Assembly: GCA_016721565.1 (NCBI GenBank)
Contig: JADKHW010000003.1
Span: 64,315 to 128,314, forward strand
DNA length: 64,000 nt
Direction: 5' to 3'
From: a bacterium
GTDB lineage: Bacteria > Electryoneota > RPQS01
Below the pieces are notes generated by a model that saw only the letters and a program-made list of their open reading frames with translations, did no database searches and had not been told where the DNA came from. The translations under genes were made by a program, and so were the position numbers. Shown here piece after piece: positions 55,074 through 64,000 of this stretch (its first letter is position 1; each line of letters opens with the position of its first letter).

Positions 55074-56993
55074 TCATTTGCTGACGATCAGGCGCTGGCC
55101 GGGATAGATATTAGAACGTTTCGAAAGGCGGTTGATCTTAAGCATGGTCTGCAAATCTACGCCGTGAGCTTGCGCAATGCTCCACATTGTGTCGCCGCGT
55201 TGAACGGTGTAGTATCGCTTAGCTGCTGCTTGCGCCACACTATCACTTTTCTTGGTGGTCTTTGGCGCGGCCTGCGCGTAACGCGGCTCGCCTTTGACGG
55301 TGACATTCAGCCTCTGACCTGGAAAGATCTTACTGGCGTCGCTGATATTATTTTCGCGGCAGATCTGATCGACAGAAACGCCGAGATGCTGCGAGATTTT
55401 GCCAAGGGATTCACCGCGATGTACCGTGTAGGTAATCCGGTCCATCGTGGGTTCCATCGCAACTTGCGGTTCAGCTTTCTCTTCGGCGGCAACTTGCTTA
55501 ACGGTCTTGCGCGATTCCTCTGCGTAGCGAACTTCAGCCACCGGAATCGAAATCTCTTGACCGACACGGAGTGAACGCGGCTTCACGCGCTTGTTCTCAG
55601 GCATAGCCAAAATGGATTCCACCGACGTGCCGTACTTGTCCGCGATCTTATTCAGCGTGTCGCCTTTACGAACACGGTGCGTTGACGTAGGAACAATTAC
55701 GGTCTTTGGCAGGCTGGCCAGATCAACATCGAAGTTCTCTGATGCAGCACCCGGTAAGCGGACCATTAATTCCTGACCGCGATCAGGAACAATACCTTTT
55801 AGGAACTCAGGATTGAGATCGCGAACGGATTGCGGATCATGTCCAGCAGCGCGCGCGATATCATCAAGTTTGTAACCACCGGGCACATAAACCCGCTCGC
55901 ACTCAAACGGACGTTCCGGCGGCATAGGTGGAAAGCCGTAGCGCTCAGGGCTTTCACAAATAGCTCGGGCTGCAAGGTATGTCGGAACATAACCTCGAGT
56001 CTGGCGCGGCAAGCGGTGCATGGCCCAATAGTCGGTGGTATTGCAACGCTTTATGTCGCGGGCAACACGGCCTTCACCGCAGTTGTATGCGGCCATAGCC
56101 AAATACCAATCGCCAAACATCTCATAGAGATTGCGCAGATATCCGCATGCGGCGCGGGTGGCAAGTTCCACATGGCGGCGCTCGTCATATGTTCGGTCGA
56201 TATGCAGACCGTACAGGCGGCCTGTGCCGGGAATGAACTGCCAAAGTCCGGCAGCACTGGCATATGAATACGCATTCAGGTTCAAGCCGGATTCGATCAT
56301 CGAAAGATAGAGCATCTCTTGCGGGATGCCTTCCTCTTTCAGGATCGGGCGCATGCGCGGAAAAATCGTGGCAGCACGCTCCATCCAACGGAGCATGACC
56401 TTGTTGCCTTTGGTCTGGAAGAAGTGGATCTGATTGCGAACCTTGCTGTTGATCTCCATGGGGACACTCGGCAGCGGTGTCTTCATGGGCTGAATGTTCA
56501 CTTCAGGAGCAGGTTGAATATGCTCGGGTGCGACGATTTCAATTTCGTCGGGAGCATCATCCTCTTCCTCTTCGCCAGCGTGCTGTGCCTCTCCGGCTTC
56601 AATAACAGCAGTCAGTCCGCTGGACGCGGGCAGGCTCTTGGTTTCGGATACAAATTGGTCGTAGCTTTCCAGAACTTGTCTGTTAAAGCTTGCGACGCGG
56701 TGCATCTCGAGGTCAATCGAGGCAAGATCAATATCGCCTAATAGCTCGAGCGACGCTTCATAGTAGTACGCTGCGTCTTCGGTGTTCTTGCGATCTTCGG
56801 CCCTTTGCGCAAAGGCATAGGCCTTCCGGGCAAGACTCCATTTTTCACGGTCAGTAAGTTGGGCGGATTGGCTAAGCCGATCGCGAAATTCTGTATTTCC
56901 GGGAGTTCCGGAGAGTTGGCGGCTGGACGAGCAGCCGATAAGCAGCCAACTGGCGGTCAGAACCGCGAGCAGAACTGTGCGTCCACTAATCAT
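55074..56993 (-). CDS. mltD: Membrane-bound lytic murein transglycosylase D-like protein (SLT domain plus three C-terminal LysM domains)
   Basis: 639 aa. Lipoprotein-like signal (LLIGCSSS). SLT catalytic region MIESGLNLNAYSYASAAGLWQFIP. Three LysM repeats (TVHRGESLGKISQ..., RVRKGDTLNKIAD..., TVQRGDTMWSIAQ...). Confidence 0.85.
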   Translation of the reverse strand: MISGRTVLLAVLTASWLLIGCSSSRQLSGTPGNTEFRDRLSQSAQLTDREKWSLARKAYAFAQRAEDRKNTEDAAYYYEASLELLGDIDLASIDLEMHRVASFNRQVLESYDQFVSETKSLPASSGLTAVIEAGEAQHAGEEEEDDAPDEIEIVAPEHIQPAPEVNIQPMKTPLPSVPMEINSKVRNQIHFFQTKGNKVMLRWMERAATIFPRMRPILKEEGIPQEMLYLSMIESGLNLNAYSYASAAGLWQFIPGTGRLYGLHIDRTYDERRHVELATRAACGYLRNLYEMFGDWYLAMAAYNCGEGRVARDIKRCNTTDYWAMHRLPRQTRGYVPTYLAARAICESPERYGFPPMPPERPFECERVYVPGGYKLDDIARAAGHDPQSVRDLNPEFLKGIVPDRGQELMVRLPGAASENFDVDLASLPKTVIVPTSTHRVRKGDTLNKIADKYGTSVESILAMPENKRVKPRSLRVGQEISIPVAEVRYAEESRKTVKQVAAEEKAEPQVAMEPTMDRITYTVHRGESLGKISQHLGVSVDQICRENNISDASKIFPGQRLNVTVKGEPRYAQAAPKTTKKSDSVAQAAAKRYYTVQRGDTMWSIAQAHGVDLQTMLKINRLSKRSNIYPGQRLIVSK

Positions 56994-57187
56994 GAGCAGA
57001 TCCGTGTTTGTGGGTGTCGCAGTTCGGGTGGAAGTCGCAGTTCTTCCACGCCAAAGACAATAATAACTCCGGTCACCCTCATTCGCCTCGTGAGAGTAAC
57101 CCAGTTTGAGCTATGGAAGGTAACAAAGTTCACGCGGAAAATCAACTCTATATGGCTCTCAAAATCAACAATTAACGTGATAAATTG

Positions 57188-57201
57188 CCGCCAATTGGCG
57201 G
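57188..57201. promoter_or_regulatory. Perfect 14-bp palindrome CCGCCAATTGGCGG in the divergent mltD / yggS intergenic region
   Basis: Seen in the sequence, about 105 nt upstream of the yggS ATG. No T-run follows it on either strand, so it is more likely a protein-binding site than a terminator. Confidence 0.3.
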
Positions 57202-57249
57202 TTTCCAATAGGCAACAGGTTGTGAGATGAATTGCCTCTCGGCAAAGGC

Positions 57250-57278
57250 TTGCACCTTCAGAGCCAAACCCCTATATT
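57250..57278 (+). promoter_or_regulatory. Sigma70-type promoter TTGCAC-17 bp-TATATT for the yggS operon
   Basis: TTGCAC at 57250..57255, a 17-nt spacer, TATATT at 57273..57278, ending 29 nt before the yggS ATG. Confidence 0.4.
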
Positions 57279-57306
57279 TTAGGCTCGACTTAAGGAACCT
57301 GACCAC

Positions 57307-58014
57307 ATGCCCCCCGCAAACTTAGACTCGTATCAGCGGGTATTGGACAGAATCGCCACTGCCTGTGCGCGTTCGGGCCGAAATCCGAACGAGGTGACGA
57401 TTGTGGGGGTAACCAAGGGTCACTCAAAGGAAATTTTGAGCAAAGCCCGTGCCCTGAAACTTACCGATCTGGGTGAAAACAAGGTTCAGGAAGCTATTGA
57501 AAAATATAGCGATATGCGGGTGGGTGCGATAGATTATTCTGTAAGACTGCACATGATTGGCCATTTGCAATCTAACAAGGCCAAACGAGCGGTGGAACTG
57601 TTCGATTCTATCGACACAATTGACCAGCCTGACACGGCGCAAATTGTGGACAAGTTGGCTAATGAGGCCGGAAAACGACTCCGAGTGCTGATGCAGGTGA
57701 ACACCTCTGGTGAGCCTCAGAAGTCTGGGATTGAACCGGATCGGGCCGTTGAACTTGGGTCATGCCTCTTGAATCTTAAAAATCTTGATTTTCAAGGATT
57801 TATGACTATCGGGCCGCTCGAAGGGGATGAACGAGCGGTGCGAAAAAGCTTCGAAGATCTGCGAAAAGTTAGAGATAGGGTAAGCCAAGAGCTTAAAATA
57901 CAGACCCTTCCAGTCCTCTCGATGGGGATGAGCGATGATTTTGAGTGGGCAATTGAGGAAGGCGCAACGGAAATTCGGTTGGGCACCATTTTATGGGGAC
58001 CCCGTGAACTATGA
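57307..58014 (+). CDS. yggS: YggS/YlmE-family PLP-binding protein (PLP homeostasis)
   Basis: 235 aa. VTKGHSKE...LGENKVQE...HMIGHLQSNKAK. Confidence 0.9.
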   Translation: MPPANLDSYQRVLDRIATACARSGRNPNEVTIVGVTKGHSKEILSKARALKLTDLGENKVQEAIEKYSDMRVGAIDYSVRLHMIGHLQSNKAKRAVELFDSIDTIDQPDTAQIVDKLANEAGKRLRVLMQVNTSGEPQKSGIEPDRAVELGSCLLNLKNLDFQGFMTIGPLEGDERAVRKSFEDLRKVRDRVSQELKIQTLPVLSMGMSDDFEWAIEEGATEIRLGTILWGPREL

Positions 58015-58499
58015 GCTTAAGTCCAGTAGATATTGCCCGGCATGAGTTCAGCCGCTCGTTTCGCGGCTACGACGTTGGTGAAGTGCGCGGATTCCTTGAA
58101 GCTGTGGCCTCTGAATTGGCTCAGCTTCAGGTAAATTTGTCGCAGGCTGAAGAAGCGGCGCGCGGGGCGGAAAAACAACTGAAGTCATTCCGCGAAATGG
58201 AGAAGAACCTCCGCGACGCCGTGGTGAATGCCCAGCAAGGGATGAGCGACTCACGTCAGCAAGTTGAGCGCGAGCGAGAGACAATTTTAGCTGAAGCGAA
58301 AATTGAGGCCGACCGGATTTTGCTCGAAGGCGAACGGCAAATGGCAAAAATCCGGGAACAGATTCGCGAGATGCAGGTGCAAAAGGAAACTTTTGTCGAA
58401 AGACTGAGATACTTGCACAACTCTCACGGCTGGGTGTTAGATTTGATGGAAAAAGATATTCCTAAGAATACAAATGAGCAAGATTCTCAAGCAACTTGA
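58011..58499 (+). CDS. DivIVA-domain protein
   Basis: 162 aa. N-terminal LSPVDIARHEFSRSFRGYDVGEVRGFLEAVA (DivIVA lipid-binding domain) followed by a coiled coil. Confidence 0.8.
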   Translation: MSLSPVDIARHEFSRSFRGYDVGEVRGFLEAVASELAQLQVNLSQAEEAARGAEKQLKSFREMEKNLRDAVVNAQQGMSDSRQQVERERETILAEAKIEADRILLEGERQMAKIREQIREMQVQKETFVERLRYLHNSHGWVLDLMEKDIPKNTNEQDSQAT

Positions 58500-59295
58500 C
58501 GAGACAACCGCCGCTCTTAAATCAAAAGTAACCAAGACTCCCGAAGTGGGGATCATATTGGGAACGGGTCTGGGCGGATTAGCAAAAGAGATTACGGCTG
58601 ATGTTACGGTTGATTACAAGGAAGTTCCGCATTTCGTTGAATCAACGGTTGAGACACATCACGGCAAGTTGCACTTCGGAATGCTCGGCGGCAAGTATGT
58701 GATGGCGATGCAGGGCCGCTTTCATTATTATGAAGGCTACACCATGCAGGAGATTACCTATCCTGTGCGAGTGATGAAAGCGATGGGCTGCAAGGCTATG
58801 CTGGTTTCAAACGCATGCGGCTGTGTGAATCCGCTCTATAAGGCAGGAGATTTGATGATTATGGATGATCATATCAATCTCTTAGGTGATAATCCGCTGA
58901 TTGGTCCGAATGAAGACAAGCTTGGGCCGAGATTCCCGGATATGAGCGAACCGTATTCGCGCAGGTTAATTGGTATTGCCGAAAACGTCGCGATGAATTT
59001 GGGCCTCAAGGTGCAGCGCGGAACCTATGTCGCGGTTAGCGGACCTAATCTTGAAACTCGCGCGGAATACCGGATGCTCAGAATGATGGGTGCGGACGTG
59101 GTGGGAATGTCCACGGTGCCGGAAGTGATTGTAGCCAATCATACGGGGCTTGAAGCCTTTGGCATCTCTATTGTGACCGACGAAGGTTTTGCGGATTGTC
59201 TGAAGCCCGCTTCGATTGAGCACATCTTAAAGAATGCCGCCGAAGCCGAGCCGAAGATGACGAAGATTATGACGGGGTTGATTGAGAGGGTGTGA
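58474..59295 (+). CDS. punA: Purine nucleoside phosphorylase (PNP/MTAP family, PunA-type)
   Basis: 273 aa. GSGLGGLA, HFGMLGGKYVMAMQGRFHYYEGY, VGMSTVPEV. Confidence 0.9.
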   Translation: MSKILKQLDETTAALKSKVTKTPEVGIILGTGLGGLAKEITADVTVDYKEVPHFVESTVETHHGKLHFGMLGGKYVMAMQGRFHYYEGYTMQEITYPVRVMKAMGCKAMLVSNACGCVNPLYKAGDLMIMDDHINLLGDNPLIGPNEDKLGPRFPDMSEPYSRRLIGIAENVAMNLGLKVQRGTYVAVSGPNLETRAEYRMLRMMGADVVGMSTVPEVIVANHTGLEAFGISIVTDEGFADCLKPASIEHILKNAAEAEPKMTKIMTGLIERV

Positions 59296-59486
59296 CGATG
59301 ACAGAAAACTATCGCACAAAAAACTTGGGTAAGATCTCAATTAGTTTTGATAAGGATAGCCTCCAAGTAGAATTTGCATCTTGGGAATGGACTCCGATGT
59401 TCAACAAGTTGGATGGCAATAAAAGAGATGTCGCCTGGGCAAGAATTTTGGGATTCTATCTAGACGATTGCCGTCGCCATCTTTGA
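59292..59486 (+). CDS. Hypothetical 64-aa protein whose ATG overlaps the punA stop
   Basis: ORF only. The frame beyond its stop continues as a protein-like peptide (IRDERKAILIALEGVSVENLRRLQAQC), so its 3' end may be frameshifted or decayed. Confidence 0.3.
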   Translation: MTMTENYRTKNLGKISISFDKDSLQVEFASWEWTPMFNKLDGNKRDVAWARILGFYLDDCRRHL

Positions 59487-59489
59487 TCC

Positions 59490-60578
59490 GTGATGAGAGG
59501 AAAGCCATACTCATCGCGCTTGAAGGCGTTTCGGTTGAAAATCTGCGTCGATTACAAGCGCAATGCTGAATTGCCAGAAATCGAAATCAACTATGGCCAG
59601 CTGGATTTACGCTGAATCTAGAATTATTGATTTTACCAGAGGTTCTGAATCGAGCTTTCCGGAACAAGAACTAGCAAGAAAGATATGTGTTTGACGATGG
59701 TCTGCAACAAACCAATGGCATGCCTGGTAGAAGAGCTAGGGTTGTCATGCCATTGATGCCATAAGCTGTAGAAAATGCTGTCTATATATTGCTTAGAGAT
59801 GACCATATTACTATCTTCGATGGAACTGATGTCCAAGTCTGGAAACTAAAAAAGGTCCTTTTGGCCTAAATGCAGAGAGCTTACTATATCTTATAGAACA
59901 GCACAAGACACATGGAATTCACTTAGGTTGTAGACAATTCATGCCGTTTTGAGCAATTATTTTTAGGCCCAGATTAATAACGACACATCTTGCAATAAGG
60001 GCATAAAGCATGAAAATTGCTTAATTGATTGTTTTGACGTGTATTTGTATTGTTGGCCTTCTAAGTTACCTTCTTTATCGCGCCCAACCAGTAATGGCTT
60101 CAACTTTCTAAACCTGTATCAAATTGAAAGTTAGAATTTGTTGTTTTTCGGTTCAAGTTGGTTCTGGAAGTTCATTTGGGTTCTGACTTGAGGAATTCCC
60201 GATGGTTAGCGATTCACTTGCAAGGGCAAATCATCTAACAAGGGTTTCTATGGTTTTGTTTGGCACGTATTGTTCTGATCACCAAATTTAGTGAAATATC
60301 GAGTGTTGGCGATTTCTTTTCAGTCTTATGGTTCTGGTTTATCGTTCCCATACTGTTTCTTGGCTTGGTTTTTATTGTTTCCTTGAATGGTGGCGTCCTT
60401 TGATATTGTCCTGCAGAGACGCTAAAGAAAAAGGCGGTCGACCTTGTTAACGGACTTTTACAGCCGCGTCAAACCCTCACCGCAAGTCACGCCGATAATC
60501 TAATACATTGCTGTACTTCGTAATTATTCACTTATTGTAGTTACACCTCACTAATTGAGACACGCAATCTAGACACGC
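59490..60578. other. About 1.1-kb low-GC (around 40%) T-rich tract with no ORF of 60 aa or more on the plus strand, immediately upstream of ileS
   Basis: GC drops about 15 points relative to the flanks. The plus strand is pyrimidine/T-rich with short repeats (GGTTCTGG, ATGGTTYTG). Only small hydrophobic peptides are encoded, the largest a 47-aa TTG-start ORF at 60239..60382. Confidence 0.5.
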
Positions 60579-63500
60579 ATGTTAAAACCCGTTTCAGAAA
60601 AATTACATTTACCGGCAGTTGACCATGACATCCTGAAGCTCTGGGAAGAGCGGAAGGTTTTTGAGCGCTCTATATCGGAGCGTGATGGGAAGCAGGATTT
60701 TGTATTTTTTGACGGGCCTCCGGGGACGAACGGGTTACCGCATATCGGGCATATGATGCAGTCGGCCTTGAAGGATTTGTGGCCGCGCTATAAGACGATG
60801 CAGGGCTATCGCGTGCTGCGCAAGGCGGGTTGGGATACGCACGGTTTGCCGATTGAATTGACCGCAGACAAAGAGCTTGGGTTTACTTCGAAACTTGACG
60901 TGGTTAAGTACGGTGAAGCCGAGTATGTGGATTACTGCCGCAACACGGTGTTCCGTTTCAAGCGCGAATGGGAAGTTGCGATTCGAAGGATCGGACGTTT
61001 TCTTGATCTTGAAAATGCTTACGCCACCTACGAGCCGTACTATATTCAGTCGGATTGGTGGACGCTGAAGCAGGCTTGGAATCTTGAGCTTGAGGGTGAA
61101 GCGCGCGAGAAGGCCTTAAGATTAGGCCAATCGCCGCGCTACCTCTATAAGGATTACCGCGTGATGGCCTATAGCCCGCGCACGGGGACGACGCTCTCGA
61201 ATTTCGAAGTCGCGCAGGGCTATCAGGAAGTCACTGACCTTACGCTGTATGTGAAGTTCAAAGTCGTCGGTGAAGCGAATCTCTATCTGACCGCGTGGAC
61301 GACGACGCCGTGGACGCTGCTCTCGAATCTTGCGGTCGCGTGCGGGCCGAATATCGAATACTCGATTATCGAACGCGCCGCGACCGGAAAAAAACTGATC
61401 GTTGCCACGGCACGCTTGGAAGCCTTGAGCGCAATGCTTGGCGAATACCGCGTCATCGGTACGAAGCTCGGCAAAGAGCTTGAAGGAATGCGATATGAGC
61501 CGTTGTTTGACTGGCTCAATCTTCCGGGAACGCGGGCCTGCTCTGTCGTGTGTGACGAATATGTGACCACCGAAGACGGTACGGGGCTTGTGCATTTGGC
61601 AAACTACGGTGAAGACGACTTCCGGATTTTGCGCAAGATGGAGATTCCGGTTGTGCTGACGGTGGATGCGAACGGTCTTGTGGGAGAACATGCCAAACCG
61701 TTTGCAGGCCGCGAATTCCGTGAAGAGGGGCTTGATGTAGATATTTTGAAATATCTGCAAGCCAAGGGACTTCTCCTCGGCAAAGAAAAGTACACGCACA
61801 CCTATCCGTTCGATTACCGTACGAAAACGCCGCTGATGTATTTCCCGCGGCCTGCGTGGTTCATCAGAGCGACGGCGTTAAAAGAGATGATGCTTGAGGC
61901 CAATCAGCATATCGGATGGAAGCCTGATCATGTGCGCGACGGACGATTCGGGAATTGGCTGGAAAATGTGCAGGATTGGAACGTCACGCGCGAGAGATAT
62001 TGGGGCTCACCGCTGCCGGTTTGGATGACGGAAGATGGCTCTGTCGCTATCTGTGTCGAGAGCCTTGATGAACTTCATGCGCTCGCACATGAATCCGGAA
62101 TGGATCTCGCGCGTGATTGGGATCCTCACAAGCCAGCCATCGACAAAGTTATTCTCAAGACCAAAGATGGCCGTGAAATGCGGCGCGAAAATTTCGTTTT
62201 GGATAGCTGGTTTAATGCCGGGATTATGCCGTGGGGACAGTTTGGCTATCCGGCAGCTCCGAATTCCGAAGAGCTGTTCATGTCGCAGTATCCCGCGAAC
62301 TTCATCAGTGAAGGCCAAGATCAGACGCGCGGCTGGTTTTACACGCTTTTAGCTTGCTCGTGTTTAGTAGCAAAAGCCAAGCAGCAGGATGCAAAGAAGC
62401 GTGGGGATCAGAAGGCTCTTGCTTTCTGGAGCAATCCGGTCAATTGGTCGAGTTATAAGAATGTGATTTGCACAGAGCTGGTGTTGGATTCCAAGGGTCT
62501 TAAGATGTCAAAGTCTTTGGGCAATGTGGTTGATCCGATGGCTCTGTTTGAAAAGTTTGGTGCAGATCCGGTACGCTGGATTTTCTTTGCCACGAATCCG
62601 TGGTTAGCCAAGCGATTCGGTGAAGAAGAGATTCGCGAAGCGGTACGCTCGGTGATTCTGCCGCTGTGGAATAGCTACAGCTTCTTTGTGACGTATGCTG
62701 TGATTGACGGTTGGAAGCCGAGCAACGCAAAAGTCGAGCGCACAGAGCTGGATCAATGGATTCTGTCGGATTACAATCGTTTGATTGGCGAAGTTACGAC
62801 GAACCTTGACCAGTATGACGTGGGCAAAGCTTCACAAGCAATTCTCTCGTTTTTGGATGAGTTAACGAACTGGTATATTCGCCGCTCACGCCGCAGATTT
62901 TGGAAATCGGAGAGCGATGCCGATAAAGATGCTGCCTACGCGACATTATACGAGGTACTGGAAGGGTTAGTTAGACTGTTGGCCCCGTTCTTGCCGTTTA
63001 TCAGCGAACACATATATCAAAATCTTGTGCGCGGATTGAATGCGAACGCGCCGGATAGCGTACATTTAGCGACATATCCCGTTGCCGATGAAAGCAAGCG
63101 CGACCGCAATCTTGAACGGCAAATGGCCCGAGTGCAGGAAGCGGTTTCGCTGGCTCGAGCGCTCAGAGAAGAACGAAAGCTGAAAGTTCGCCAACCTCTG
63201 GCTCGGATGACGTGGGTCGTACCGGAAGCTGGAGCAGAAGCAGAACTTGCACCGTATATTTGGCTGGTGACGGACGAAATCAACGTCAAAGAGATTGAGA
63301 TTCGCTCTAATGACGCGGGTTTGGTCTCGCTCTCTGCAAAGGCAAATTTCAAAGTGTTGGGCAAAAAGGTCGGCGGTCGCATGAAAGAGATCGCGGCGCT
63401 GATTGAATTGCTTAGTGCTGAACAGATCGCCAAGCTCCGAAAGCGGGAACAGTATTGAAGCTGGCGGCGTTGAACTGAGTTCCGAAGATGTTATCATTCG

Positions 63501-63861
63501 TCGCGAAGAGCTTCAGGGCTACGCGGTGCAATCCGACGGTCACATGACGATTGCATTAGATACGAATATGACGCCCGAGTTGATTGACGAAGGATTGGCG
63601 CGCGAAGTCGTCCATTCGATTCAATCGGCACGCAAGGATGCGGGATTTGAAATTACGGATCGTATTTCAATTGAATTAGCGACCGAATCAGAGCAACTGG
63701 CAAACGCACTGAAGCAATTTGAAGAGTACGTTTGCCGCGAAACATTGTGCACAGAGCTTAGCATTACGCACGGCTCAGGAGATCAGAAAGCCGGGGAGTA
63801 TGAATTCGGGCTGATCGTCTCGCGCCGCACAGAAGAATCCAACGTATTGACACAGGCTTAA
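60579..63861 (+). CDS. ileS: Isoleucyl-tRNA synthetase, eukaryote-like type 2, with a frameshift near 63420..63450 (ORFs 60579..63458 and 63403..63861)
   Basis: PPGTNGLPHIGH (HIGH), KMSKSLGN, editing (CP1) domain. The C-terminal extension continues in the +1 frame as ...SGNSIEAGGVELSSEDVIIRREELQGYAV.... The break is at a CC homopolymer. Confidence 0.85.
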
Positions 63862-63877
63862 GGGAAATAATTTCATC

Positions 63878-64000
63878 ATGGCGACAGAAAAGAAGAAGAA
63901 AGCGGACGAAACCAACAACGGCCCGGCACACAAGTGGCCGGACGGTCCCAAGCCAGCGCTCTATTCGCCGGAATGGATGGAGTATTTCCGTCATCTGATT
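63878..64000 (+). CDS. 5' part of a small protein, possibly a DksA/TraR-family zinc-finger regulator; truncated by the window end
   Basis: MATEKKKKADETNNGPAHKWPDGPKPALYSPEWMEYFRHLI. The Lys-rich N-terminus and YSxEEL/F motif resemble Bacteroidota DksA/TraR-like proteins that commonly follow ileS. Confidence 0.3.
   Translation, partial: MATEKKKKADETNNGPAHKWPDGPKPALYSPEWMEYFRHLI

Noticed and set aside
60125-60150. tRNA-like T-loop (GGTTCAAGT) within the AT-rich spacer
   Set aside because: The flanking bases cannot form the T-stem or an acceptor stem, and there is no D-loop or anticodon arm. This is not a tRNA.

Overview
A 64-kb chromosomal segment (about 55% GC) in which nearly all real genes are on the minus strand. 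The content is housekeeping and cell-envelope genes.

Taxonomy: several markers point to a Bacteroidota/FCB-group bacterium. These are two cargo proteins with type IX secretion system (T9SS) C-terminal sorting domains, a GWxTD protein, a eukaryote-like type-2 IleRS, and a tiny bS22-like basic ORF. The promoters I can read are classic sigma70 -35/-10, not the Bacteroidia -33/-7 type.

Gene order, reading the minus strand from high to low coordinates: ileS region; a yggS-divIVA-punA operon on the plus strand; mltD, HU, xseAB, nadK, ftsY, ribH; a T9SS beta-propeller protein; recN-murA-dnaE-rimO, a GWxTD protein, ldcA, purN-purH; the elongasome operon mreBCD-mrdA-rodA extended by an M23 peptidase and a rhomboid protease; valS, a DUF4139 protein, recG, parAB, rlmB; an M23 peptidase-bactofilin pair fused to the front of the F0 ATP synthase genes (atpZ-I-B-E-F-H-A); atpG and atpDC separated from atpA by inserted genes (a GT87-like membrane protein, a hypothetical, an NYN-domain protein, an AlkD-like HEAT protein); a second T9SS cargo gene (SBBP repeats); a secreted helical protein; a GAF sensor kinase with a NarL-type response regulator; and a 5'-partial ammonium transporter.

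Assembly quality: at least 12 genes are split by frameshifts or in-frame stops, including essential ones (atpH, mrdA, ileS, purN, rlmB). These look like indel errors rather than genuine pseudogenes.

No rRNA, tRNA, CRISPR array or obvious mobile element was found.

The loci I would look at first:
- a 1.1-kb low-GC, T-rich, ORF-poor tract upstream of ileS;
- the GAF-kinase/NarL-regulator/amt operon with a perfect 17-bp palindrome in front of amt;
- the three genes inserted between atpG and atpD (NYN, AlkD-like, hypothetical);
- the bactofilin-M23 pair co-transcribed with the ATP synthase genes;
- a 15-nt motif repeated in several intergenic regions;
- near-identical hairpin terminators flanking one T9SS cargo gene.
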